Shown here piece after piece: positions 47,540-57,700 of a stretch of DNA of 64,000 nt. Each line of letters opens with the position of its first letter. Positions within the stretch are counted from its first letter, which is position 1. Both the position numbers and the translations under genes were made by a program. This DNA comes from Nitrosopumilus sp. (GTDB lineage: Archaea; Thermoproteota; Nitrososphaeria; Nitrososphaerales; Nitrosopumilaceae), in NCBI GenBank assembly GCA_965205215.1, contig OZ242041.1, positions 1,056,001 to 1,120,000 of the forward strand. Reading direction: 5' to 3'. The notes under the pieces are model-generated. The model was given only the letters and a program-made list of their open reading frames with translations. It was not told where the DNA came from and made no database searches.

Positions 47540-48930
47540 GGCAAAGGATCATCAACGCGCGCGTCACGTTCCACAACTCGCCCATACACGTTCTTGAGCG
47601 GTTCGCCATACGGGACGTGGACGACGCGTACGAGCAGTTCCGGCGGCACTCTGGTCTGGACGAGTGCGTGATAATACAGACGTGCAACAGGGTGGAGCTC
47701 TTTGCGCGTACGGGCCCCGGGGGAACCGAGCGGCTGAAGCGGACGTGGGCCTCCCTTACGGGGCTCGACGAGGTTGCGTTTGATGAGAACCTCGAGATGT
47801 CCGAGGACGACGAGGCGCTGCGCCACCTCCTCAAGCTCACGTCGGGACTGGACTCGATGGTGCTCGGGGAGGAGCAGATACTGGGCCAGATAAAGAGCTC
47901 CATTGCCGAGGCGCGCAAGACGCGCTCGTCGGGCCGCTACCTGAACACGATATTTGACAAGGCGATACGGATCGGCACCCGGATACGCGGCAGCACGGGG
48001 ATCGGCAGGGGGGGCGTATCCGTCGGCTCCATGGCCGTCCGGCTTGCCGAGGAGAACATCGACGACATGAAGTCAAAGAGGATACTGCTTATCGGAACGG
48101 GCGAGGTCTCGACCCTCGTTGCAAAGTCGCTCCTGCGCAGGGGGTACGCGTTTGACGTCACGAGCAGGACCCTGGGCCGCGCAAGGGCGTTCTGCGAGTC
48201 GCTGGGGGGCTCCCCGGTGCGCTTTGAGGAGGTCCTGTCCAAGTTTACCGGGTACGACGCGATGTTCGTCGCCACCACCGCCCCGTACTCTCTTGTGACG
48301 TTTGAGAAGATATCGCAGGCGGTCTCGGCCGGGCGTGCCGGCGGTAACAGCGGTCACGGCGGCGGCTGCAGTGGCGAACCGGACGGCGGCCACCGCCGCG
48401 GCATGATGATCCTCGACCTCTCAAACCCGCGCACGGTCGACGAGCGGGTCGCGACGCTGCCCGGCGTCAAGCTGATGAACCTGGACCAGATATCTGAGAT
48501 GGTGGAAAAGAACCTGACGGCCAGGGCCGGCAAGGCCAGGGCCATCGAGGATGCAATAAAGGAGGAGGTCGGCGTACTGGAGGCGTCTGTGAGGCGCCTT
48601 GCAGCGGAGCCCATAGCCGAGCACGTGTTCAAGAAGATCGACGCCCTGCGGGAGAAGGAACTCGAAAAGGCGGTACGCGCGCTCGACGAGACAGATGCTA
48701 GGCGCATAGGTATAATCGACAGCCTGACGCGCGAGATAGTGGAGAGCATCGTATCACCCCCGATCAACAACCTGCGCAAGGCCTCCGAGCGCGGCGACTC
48801 TGGCGTGATTGCGCTTGCAGGCAGGCTGTTTGACTATGGGGATGACAGTGACGGTGCGGCCGATGCCGGCGCCGCCCCTTCGGCCGGCGCCCACGCTCCC
48901 GCCCCAGAAGACCCCGCCCCGAAAAACTGA
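47536..48930 (+). CDS. hemA: Glutamyl-tRNA reductase
   Basis: 'QTCNRVE', 'SGLDSMVLGEEQILGQ', 'IGTGE', 'DLSNPR'. Confidence 0.96.
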   Translation: MRQRIINARVTFHNSPIHVLERFAIRDVDDAYEQFRRHSGLDECVIIQTCNRVELFARTGPGGTERLKRTWASLTGLDEVAFDENLEMSEDDEALRHLLKLTSGLDSMVLGEEQILGQIKSSIAEARKTRSSGRYLNTIFDKAIRIGTRIRGSTGIGRGGVSVGSMAVRLAEENIDDMKSKRILLIGTGEVSTLVAKSLLRRGYAFDVTSRTLGRARAFCESLGGSPVRFEEVLSKFTGYDAMFVATTAPYSLVTFEKISQAVSAGRAGGNSGHGGGCSGEPDGGHRRGMMILDLSNPRTVDERVATLPGVKLMNLDQISEMVEKNLTARAGKARAIEDAIKEEVGVLEASVRRLAAEPIAEHVFKKIDALREKELEKAVRALDETDARRIGIIDSLTREIVESIVSPPINNLRKASERGDSGVIALAGRLFDYGDDSDGAADAGAAPSAGAHAPAPEDPAPKN

Positions 48931-49151
48931 CGCGGATGCTTCCGATGCGCGCGGCACGAACCCCCATAGTAGAATCCTGCCGCACCCGGCAGCCCCAAAG
49001 GCAGACGGCGCACAAATGTGATCATGCGCTTGCGGCATGGGCGCGGCCTGCCCGCCGTCCCGCATGACATGCGGGAGCCGTCAAGGCATGCCCTCTCACC
49101 ACCCTCGATTCTCACTAGGATTATATCTTGTCGATCATACCATAATACATA

Positions 49152-50165
49152 ATGCAGTTTCCCACACGGCGGTTGCGCAGGTTGCGAAAAACCGCAAAGA
49201 TGCGCAGCCTGGTCAGGGAGACCACGCTCCTGCCGTCTGACCTGGTATGCCCCGTGTTCGTCCAGGAGGGAATTAACGAGCGTGTAACGGTGAAATCGAT
49301 GCCCGGCATGCAGCGCCTGCCGCTGTCGGACGTAACCGGGGAGGTCGAGTCAATCAAAAGCGCCGGCATCCCCGCCATCATGCTGTTTGGACTCCCCTCG
49401 TCAAAGGACGATGCAGGAAGCTCCGCGTTTGACAGGGACGGAATCGTGCAGCGGGCCGCCTCTGAGGTGCGCCAGGCCTTTGGAGACGACATCGTGATAA
49501 TGTCCGACGTCTGCCTGTGCCAGTATACACTGTCTGGACACTGCGGCGTCATACGTGACGGCCACGGCAGAGGTGGGGGAGGAGGCAGCAGCCCCGTCAT
49601 AGACAACGATTCGAGCCTGGAGGTGCTTGCCAAGATCGCCGTCAGCCAGGCGGAATCCGGCGCCGACGTCGTCGCGCCATCGGCAATGATGGACGGGCAG
49701 GTGTCTGCAATCCGGACGGCCCTTGACGACTCGGGGTTCTCCGACGTGCTGGTCATGTCGCACTCTGCAAAGCACCGCTCCGGATTCTACTCGCCGTTCC
49801 GTGACGCGGCCGAGTGCGCCCCGCAGTTTGGCGACAGGTCGACGTACCAGATGCCATACACCAACGCCCGCGAGGCCATGATGGAGGTAGAGGCCGACGT
49901 GGAGGAGGGCGCGGACATTGTAATGATCAAGCCCGCCCTTGCGTACCTCGACTTGGTGGCCGAGGCGCGCAGGCGCCTTGATCTGCCGGTCGCCGCATAC
50001 AGCACCTCCGGCGAGTACGCGCTTGTCCGGGCGGCGGCCGCCGCCGGATACGTGGACGGTACTCAGATTGCCCTCGAGATGCTCACTTCCATAAAGAGGG
50101 CGGGCGCCGACATAATAGTCACATACTTTGCAAAGGACGTGGCAGGATCGCTTCTGGCAGAATGA
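49152..50165 (+). CDS. hemB: Porphobilinogen synthase
   Basis: 'DVCLCQYT..GHCG', 'APSAMMDGQV', 'FYSPFRDAA', 'MIKPAL.YLD'. Confidence 0.97.
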   Translation: MQFPTRRLRRLRKTAKMRSLVRETTLLPSDLVCPVFVQEGINERVTVKSMPGMQRLPLSDVTGEVESIKSAGIPAIMLFGLPSSKDDAGSSAFDRDGIVQRAASEVRQAFGDDIVIMSDVCLCQYTLSGHCGVIRDGHGRGGGGGSSPVIDNDSSLEVLAKIAVSQAESGADVVAPSAMMDGQVSAIRTALDDSGFSDVLVMSHSAKHRSGFYSPFRDAAECAPQFGDRSTYQMPYTNAREAMMEVEADVEEGADIVMIKPALAYLDLVAEARRRLDLPVAAYSTSGEYALVRAAAAAGYVDGTQIALEMLTSIKRAGADIIVTYFAKDVAGSLLAE

Positions 50166-50473
50166 GAAACGACGAGCGGTTTGAGATTGAGAGGGCGTTT
50201 GATCTGGTGCCGCACGTGCTCGGCTCCAGCTGGGCCGCCGTGTGGTTCAGGATGAGGCGCGAGCGCAGCCCCACCCGCGCCGAGTACCGCGCCAAGGCGC
50301 TGGAGTACCTGAGGATGGCCGAGCCGCTCTTTGACTCCTTCCCGGACACGCCGGAGTTTGCCGACATACGCCGGTACATTGCGGCGCGCCGCGACCGGGA
50401 GTATGAGAGGATAGTGTCTGGCCGCAACAACGAGATAGAGAAGAGGTACGATCGCTACATCGACTACGGGTAG
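50162..50473 (+). CDS. Conserved hypothetical protein
   Basis: ATGA overlap with hemB; globular composition. Confidence 0.75.
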   Translation: MRNDERFEIERAFDLVPHVLGSSWAAVWFRMRRERSPTRAEYRAKALEYLRMAEPLFDSFPDTPEFADIRRYIAARRDREYERIVSGRNNEIEKRYDRYIDYG

Positions 50474-50509
50474 CAGCGGCGCCCCGCATGCCTCGGGACC
50501 GCGGGCTCG

Positions 50510-51136
50510 TCAGATCCTCCAGATCCTGGGCCTCGTAAACCTCAGCCTCTTTTTCGTGATCAGGAGCGTCCAGTCTATGAACGCGAATACAGCTACCACG
50601 CAGAGTCCGATGCCGTCGACTACCAGTATCCCCACCAGCCTGTCCTCGAATATCCCGACAAAGGGGCGCAGCACTATGTCCCCCAAGTGTATCATTATCA
50701 CATACGATATCATCCTGCCGGCCCAGAAGCCGGCGTATATCCCAGCGCTCTTTGCATGCATGAGCCCGTATGCGATAAACAGCATGTTGCTTGGCAGCGG
50801 AGTCGCGCCAAACAGGAACGACGCAAGCACGTACCCGTACCTCTTGCCGTTGAGGTACCTGCCTACCGTGTCAAGGTTTTCACGCTGCTCGGGCCCCACA
50901 AACCGCCTGAAGCGTATGCTGACGCGCTTTAGGAGAAACCTGCCTGCAGTGGCCCCCGTGGCCCCCACGGCCGCAAGCAGTATGACGTCCAGGGTCGGGT
51001 CAAGCAGGTGGAACGAGGCCAGTATCACCCAGCTTGGCGGCATCAGTATGGGCGACGCGTTGACGCCGACTAGCAGCAGGAATATCCCGGCATACGAGAG
51101 TCCCCCCACCGCATCAAACAGGGGATCCGCCTCCAT
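50510..51136 (-). CDS. DedA/VTT-like membrane protein
   Basis: Several TM segments; 'P.LMPPSW', 'GATGATAG', 'ATPLPSN'. Confidence 0.8.
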   Translation of the reverse strand: MEADPLFDAVGGLSYAGIFLLLVGVNASPILMPPSWVILASFHLLDPTLDVILLAAVGATGATAGRFLLKRVSIRFRRFVGPEQRENLDTVGRYLNGKRYGYVLASFLFGATPLPSNMLFIAYGLMHAKSAGIYAGFWAGRMISYVIMIHLGDIVLRPFVGIFEDRLVGILVVDGIGLCVVAVFAFIDWTLLITKKRLRFTRPRIWRI

Positions 51137-51322
51137 CTTACAGTCATTATTCGAGGAGTCCCTTGCCGTAAATCCCTTTTTGTCGTGGGCTGCCGGCGGA
51201 CGGCTCCGGCGTGGGTTCGTGGGATTTGCGCGTGGCCGTCCGGCCCCGCCCCGCCTGCCGCCAACCGCCCGCAAGATATTGCATTACATTGTACAAAATT
51301 TGGAAATAATTTCATCTTTTCA

Positions 51323-51340
51323 ATATATGACGTCATATAT
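51323..51340. promoter_or_regulatory. Perfect 18-bp palindrome between divergent genes
   Basis: ATATATGACGTCATATAT in an AT-rich intergenic region. Confidence 0.45.
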
Positions 51341-51399
51341 CATAAAAAATGAACAAAATATCCAATACTCTTATAAGCAATCACGCCTGCTTTTTGCAC

Positions 51400-51534
51400 A
51401 TGACCGAGGTTGTCTCCAAGTGCTTTAGGTGCAACCTAATATTCAGGGACGAGAGCCTTGCCGCGATCCACAGGGAGATCATGAACCATTCGACTACGAA
51501 GGTCCGCGTGCAGGCCACACCCGCTTCACAATAG
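51400..51534 (+). CDS. Small C2H2-type zinc-finger protein (44 aa)
   Basis: 'KCFRCNLIF......IHREIMNH'; TTATAAG about 25 nt upstream. Confidence 0.7.
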   Translation: MTEVVSKCFRCNLIFRDESLAAIHREIMNHSTTKVRVQATPASQ

Positions 51535-51545
51535 GTGCAGAGAGT

Positions 51546-51573
51546 GGGATCTAAAGTGTACATGTAGGGAAAA
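51546..51573 (+). repeat. 28-bp direct repeat, copy 1
   Basis: GGGATCTAAAGTGTACATGTAGGGAAAA; 27/28 identical to 53062-53089. Confidence 0.85.
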
Positions 51574-51793
51574 CCACCCGTTCAGTTCTCATAAGATCGT
51601 TCAGCCCTTGCAAGCGTAATTATTGCAAGGCGCCTGCATAATATGCAGATGCATATTTTATTAAGGTTTTGAAAAATGGTTCCGTTGCTAATTCGTGTCT
51701 CCTTTCAAAAAACAATCAGGTTTCCATCCTTGCCGACGGAGGTCACAAATTCACAACGGAACCCCGACCCATAACTGTAAAATAGCATCCTCC

Positions 51794-52435
51794 ATGTCCC
51801 GTATTGTGAAAAACCGCAACGGCGCGAACCGATCAATATATCTGATCATCTCGATATCTTCCATAGTGCTTGTTGCGCTCTCCTTCTGGCCGTACATGTG
51901 GGAAGGGGAGATTCTGGGCAAGTGGGCGTCCATTGTAACCATTCTCTCGCTGGCGGGCGCGCCCATCGCGTATTTCGTAAAGCAGCACGACAAGGAAAGG
52001 GAGGCCGAACAGGCAGAGACTATGGAAAGGAGGCGCGCGTCAAAAAACCTGTACGGCGAGATGCGGGACACGCTACAGGCCATAAGGGGGGACACGTTCC
52101 CGGAGGACTTTTTTGATCTAAAAGTCGACGGCAAAACCGTTACATTTACGAATCGATTCCTTAACCATGGCATATATGACAGCCTGGTGTTTTCCGGCGG
52201 CATAAAGTTCCTCGATTACGACATACAGCAGAAAATTCAAAACGTGTTTAATATGATTAAATATCACAATCGATATCTGGGGATAATCTTGGAAAACGCA
52301 GACGGTGGCGAGATTCCGAAAGACGCGATAGCGTATTACGAGGTGCTGGACAAGTACGAACGACGCCTGCTGAAGGAGATTCCAGACATGCTGGAATCCT
52401 TGGAGAAAAAGTTTGGATTCAAGCCGCCTAGCTAG
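51794..52435 (+). CDS. Hypothetical membrane protein (lower GC, accessory)
   Basis: Two N-terminal TM helices and a helical soluble domain; AT-richer codons. Confidence 0.75.
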   Translation: MSRIVKNRNGANRSIYLIISISSIVLVALSFWPYMWEGEILGKWASIVTILSLAGAPIAYFVKQHDKEREAEQAETMERRRASKNLYGEMRDTLQAIRGDTFPEDFFDLKVDGKTVTFTNRFLNHGIYDSLVFSGGIKFLDYDIQQKIQNVFNMIKYHNRYLGIILENADGGEIPKDAIAYYEVLDKYERRLLKEIPDMLESLEKKFGFKPPS

Positions 52436-52731
52436 GGGGAGAGCGCCCCTTGGACAGGGTGAGGCGGGGATCATTGATGGCAGGCGCGTCCTGACTGCCC
52501 GTCAGTGGATCCGAGTCCTCTATGATTTCCAGAGGTAGTTCGGGGGCGTCCCTGTCGTGCTTTGCATTGCTCATGCGCTTCTTACGTCTGCCTGCAATTT
52601 AAGAGTTTGAGAGTCGATGGCTAGAAGGATCGGAGAACACGCCATCTTGAACGCAAGCTAGGGAGCTAGTGGATACGATGACTCAAGCACAAATGGTAAC
52701 GTATAATCAGGACGGTTCGCGCGCAGCTAAC

Positions 52732-53070
52732 ATGTCAAGACGGCGGCACAAGACCGCCGGCTTTGCACAAGTGCTGGAGGGGCTGCGCAAGACGGCAGGC
52801 AGCAACGGCGCCACGAAGGGCAGACTGTTTGAGAGGCTGATCCAGTCGTTCCTGCAGGAGTATGACCTGTACCGCAGGAGGTTCCGCCAAGTGTGGCTGT
52901 GGGACGAGTACCCCGACAGGGACGGCAGGACGGACTTTGGCGTTGTTCTGGTGGCAGAGGAACACGACGGTATGAGGTGCGCCATACAGTGCAAGTTCTA
53001 TGCAAAAAAGACGCTAGCAAAGTCTGACATTGACAGCTTTTTGGAGGCCGCATCAAGAAGCGGGATCTAA
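52732..53070 (+). pseudogene. Truncated Mrr-like nuclease domain of a type ISP-like restriction-modification enzyme
   Basis: 'KGRLFE', 'VWLWDEYP', 'DFGVVLVAE' (usually GIDLVA), 'AIQCKFY', 'IDSFL'; no helicase/MTase follows; the stop codon lies inside the 28-bp repeat. Confidence 0.75.
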
Positions 53071-53089
53071 TGTGTACATGTAGGGAAAA
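53062..53089 (+). repeat. 28-bp direct repeat, copy 2
   Basis: GGGATCTAATGTGTACATGTAGGGAAAA. Confidence 0.85.
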
Positions 53090-53245
53090 TGTGGCATCTG
53101 ATCGCATGACGTCAAAATTTGAGGCGGCCGGCATCCTGATCGCTAAGGCTTAGTGGTGGCGGTAGTGCGACCATGTCGAGGTATCGAGTGGTACTGCTGC
53201 AAATTCGGTTGCTAGGCGTGTGTCGAGGGCGGACTGGGGCATCTG

Positions 53246-53440
53246 TCAGGGCTTCTGCTTGCGCAGGCGCCGCCACTCGTCGACAGCCTGTTTGGCCTTC
53301 TCCACGGGGCGCACGCCGCCGAACGAGTACGGCCCACATGCCATGTCCCTGCAGAGCTCGTCCTCCTGCGCGTTGATCGCCTTGCCGGTTCTGTACAGGT
53401 TGCCGAGCATCTCCATTATCTCGTATTGGCTCTGCGTCAT
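53246..53440 (-). CDS. Small hypothetical protein or gene fragment
   Basis: 64-aa ORF with protein-like composition; no motif. Confidence 0.35.
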   Translation of the reverse strand: MTQSQYEIMEMLGNLYRTGKAINAQEDELCRDMACGPYSFGGVRPVEKAKQAVDEWRRLRKQKP

Positions 53441-53712
53441 TGTTGCCCAACCACGCACCACTTGAACGCCGGCGTGCCCTCCGGTATGCCGGGCGGCATG
53501 GTCCGAGTTCCATCAAAGTCTGGGCTTCACGGCTGGGCAGGGGACCCTGCAGGCAGGATCGATACGGTGATCGCGCTGCTGGGCGCCCAGGCCGGGGGAT
53601 CGCGGGTTGCTACCCATTCTGCAGTCCCACGGCAGCCACCTACCCTTTGACGTATGGGTGGCGGCAGTGCCCATCTCCCGAACCCGCAACGGGACCAAAT
53701 TTTACACTATTT

Positions 53713-53888
53713 TGCCGGCATAAGGATCATTATACCGCATAGTTACAGGGTCACGTGCCGCAATACTTATTTAAGATTTCCAATGGCGGGATTTTCCCGC
53801 GCGTTATGCCGGCAAGTTTTCCGGCATAACGATCCAAATATTTGCAAAAATGCCGAAAACTTCCGGCATAATGATCCTTATACAGGCA
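53713..53888. other. Cluster of dif-like 11-6-11 sites; outer pair inverted, enclosing a TATA-like box
   Basis: TGCCGGCATAA-GGATCA-TTATACCGCAT (53713-53740) and TTCCGGCATAA-TGATCC-TTATACAGGCA (53861-53888); extra arms at 53804-53814 and 53819-53829. Confidence 0.6.
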
Positions 53889-54072
53889 ATATACGGCGCA
53901 CAAGGGGCCCTGACGGGGGGAGGGCGCCCTATGCACCTCGGATCTCGCACTGTGGGACGCCCGGGTTCCCGACGATCGCCCCTTCGGGGGCCGTAGGCGT
54001 CGCGCCCGCGGTGGACGTGGATGCCGCCGGGAACGCCAGTCGGCACGCCCGGCTCCTCAGCGGCGGCCTCCG

Positions 54073-54094
54073 CCCCCCCCGGGGGGGGGGGGGG
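54073..54094 (+). repeat. Homopolymer tract C8G14
   Basis: Read directly from the sequence. Confidence 0.9.
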
Positions 54095-54130
54095 TGGCGT
54101 CCGGCCCCTGGAGCGGTAGGTGCGCCTGAT

Positions 54131-54742
<612 letters not shown>

Positions 54743-54743
54743 T

Positions 54744-57700
54744 GTGAGGCTCCGCACGGCAGCAGCCTGCCTGGCATGCGTCCTTGCCGCCGCGGCCGTT
54801 GCGTGGGGGGTCCCGCCCGGTACCCTCGCAGAGCCCGCCTTTGCGCAGCCGGGAGAGCTGACCATCATCCGGCCGGTGGGCCACATCTCCGACAACAGCA
54901 CCCTCCTGCTTGACCGTTCCTACGACATCGCCGCCTTCGAGCACGGCGGCCATGCGTACGCCGCGGTCACCGCGTTCCGCGACCACGGCCTCCAGATAGT
55001 CAGCCTCGCAGACCCCCACAGCCCGCGGGCGGCGGGCCAGCTTAACGACACGGAATCCACCCTGCTTAAAACACCCTTCGCCGTCGCCGCCTTCGAGCAC
55101 GGCGGCCACGCGTACGCCGCGGTCATCTCGTCCCCGTCTTCAGGCGAGCGCGGCCTCCAGGTAATCAGCCTCGCAGACCCCGACAACCCGCGGGCGGCGG
55201 GCCGGCTCAACGACACCGGGGACACCCTGCTCCGCGACGCCCTGGACATGGCCACCTTTGAGCACAACGGCGCCACGTACGCGGCAGTCGCCTCGTTTGG
55301 CGAGCACGGCGTCCAGATTGTGGACCTGTCGGACCCCGCAGACCCGCGGGCGGCGGGCCGGATCGGCGACGACGACGGCGCCCTCGAGCTCAGGGGCGCC
55401 ACGGCCATTGCCACATTCGAGCACAACGGCGCCACGTACGCGGCCGTCGCCTCGCAGGACGACGACGGCGTCCAGATAATCAACATGTCAAACCCCGCAG
55501 ACCCGCGGGCGGCGGGCCGGATCGGCGACGGCGACGGCGGAGCCTATCTCAGCGGCGCCGCCGGCATCGCCACGTTCGGGCACGGCAACCGCACGTACGC
55601 GGCCGTCACCGCGGCCGACGACGCCGCCGTCCAGCTGATAGATTTGTCGGATCCGCAGAACCCGCGGGCGGCGGGCAGCATAATCGACGGGGACTTTGGG
55701 GACTCGGAGGAGCACCACGTCCTTCTTGAGGGCGCCGCGGCCATCGCCACCTTCGAGGCCGGCGGCCATACGTACGCGGCAGTCACCTCGACCGCCGAGC
55801 CCGGCGTCCAGTTCGTCGACCTGTCCGACCCCGCAGACCCGCGGGCGGCGGGCCGCATACGGGACACCGGCTCCACCCTGCTCTTCGGCGCCATCAGCAT
55901 CGCCGTCTTCGAGGCCGGGACCGCCACGTACGCGGCCTTCGCCTCGGCCGAGGAAGACGGCGTCCAGGTGATCCTGCTTGACGGCGGCAACCGCACCTAC
56001 GCCGACGCCGGGCCCGACCTGGAGGCGTCCGCTGGCGGCACGGTCGCGCTCGACGGCTCCGGCTCGACGGGCCGCGATATAGACTACTCCTGGGAGCAGA
56101 CCGGGGGCACCCCGGCCGTCCCGCTTGCGGGCGCCGGCACGCCGTCACCCTCCTTTGAGGCGCCCGGCGAGTCCGCCGTCCTCAGGTTCACCCTCACCGT
56201 CACGGACGGGGCGAACCGGACGGACACGGACACCGTCACAGTGAGGGTGCACGCGGCCACGCGGGCGGACGCCGGACCCGACCTGTACGTGGAGCCCGGC
56301 GCCACGGTCGCGCTCGACGGCTCGAACTCGGCGGGCCGCGGCATCGACTACTCCTGGGAGCAGACCGCGGGCACCCCGGCCGTACCGCTCTCGGGCGCCG
56401 CCACGCCGTCACCCTCCTTTGAGGCGCCCGGCGCGGCGGCCACCCTCGAGTTCACCCTCACCGTCACGGACGCGTCATCCCAAAGCGACACGGACGCCGT
56501 CACCGTCTTCGTCCGCACGCCACAGGGCCAGGCCTTTGGGCCGGCGGGCCACTACGTCACTTTCGATGACGACGGCGACCCGATCCGCGTCGCCGACCTC
56601 GCCGTCTTTGAGGTGTCAGGCAGCCCCTACGCCGTGGCCGCCATACCACTTGGTAGTTCCCTCCAGATAGTCGACCTCTCCAACCCCGCAAGCCCGCGGG
56701 CGGCGGGCCAGATACGGGACACCGGCTCCACCCTGCTTGGCGCCGCCGCAGCCGTCGCCACCTTCGAGGCCGGGTCGGGCGCCGCCACCCGGCCCTACGC
56801 CGTGGCATCCTCGTCTGCCGATAGAGGCCTCCAGATAGTCGACCTCTCCAACCCCGCAAGCCCGCGGGCGGCGGGCCAGATACGGGACACCAACTCCACC
56901 CTGCTTGGCGGCCACCGTGCCATCGCCACCTTCGAGGTGTCGGGATCCCCCTTCGCCGTGGCATTATCGTCCTCCTCATCAGGGGAGCTAGGCCTCCAGA
57001 TAGTCAACCTCACAGACCCGCAGAAACCGCGGGCGGCAGGCCAGCTTTCAGCCGACGACAGCCTCATCCTGCAGACTAGACTAGACGACGTCACCACCTT
57101 CGAGCTGGACGGCGCCCCCTTCGCCGCGGTCACCTCGCTACGTACAGACGGCATGGTCCTGATGATCAACCTTACAGACCCCTACAGCCCGCGGATGGCG
57201 GGCCAGCTGCGCGACACGGGCTCCACCCTGCTTGAGGGCGCCACCGCCATCGCCGCCTTCGAGCACGGCGGCACCGTATACGCGGCCGCCGCCTCGTCCG
57301 ACGACGACGGCGTCCAGCTGATCAACATGTCAAACCCCGCAGACCCGCGGGCGGCGGGCCAGATACGGGACACCGGCTCCACAAGTCTTGGGGCTCCAGA
57401 AGACATCGCCATCTTCGAGCTGGACGGCGCCCCCTACGCCGCCGTCATCTCGAAAGACGAGCACGCCGTCCAGACAATCGACCTGTCCGACCCGCAGCGC
57501 CCCATACCGCTAGACCGCCTTGCCGACGACGGCTCCACCCTGCTTTTACTCCCCGAAAACATAGCCACCTTTACGGTCGATACCGCCACCTACGCCGCGG
57601 TCACCTCGGGTATAGAGGGCGGAGTCCAGATAGTCCGGCTTGACGCGGGCGGCAAGGGCATAGCCGTCGCGGGGCCCGACCAGACGGTCACATCAGGCCA

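Noticed and set aside
52428-52574. 48-aa minus-strand ORF (MSNAKHDRDAPELPLEII...) with an upstream TTTAAG and an internal hairpin
   Set aside because: No recognisable motif and it overlaps the convergent gene end; too weak to call
53654-54130. N-terminal extension of the 53654-54742 ORF
   Set aside because: It runs through the AT-rich repeat sites and the homopolymer; the signal-peptide-like sequence starts only at ATG 54131
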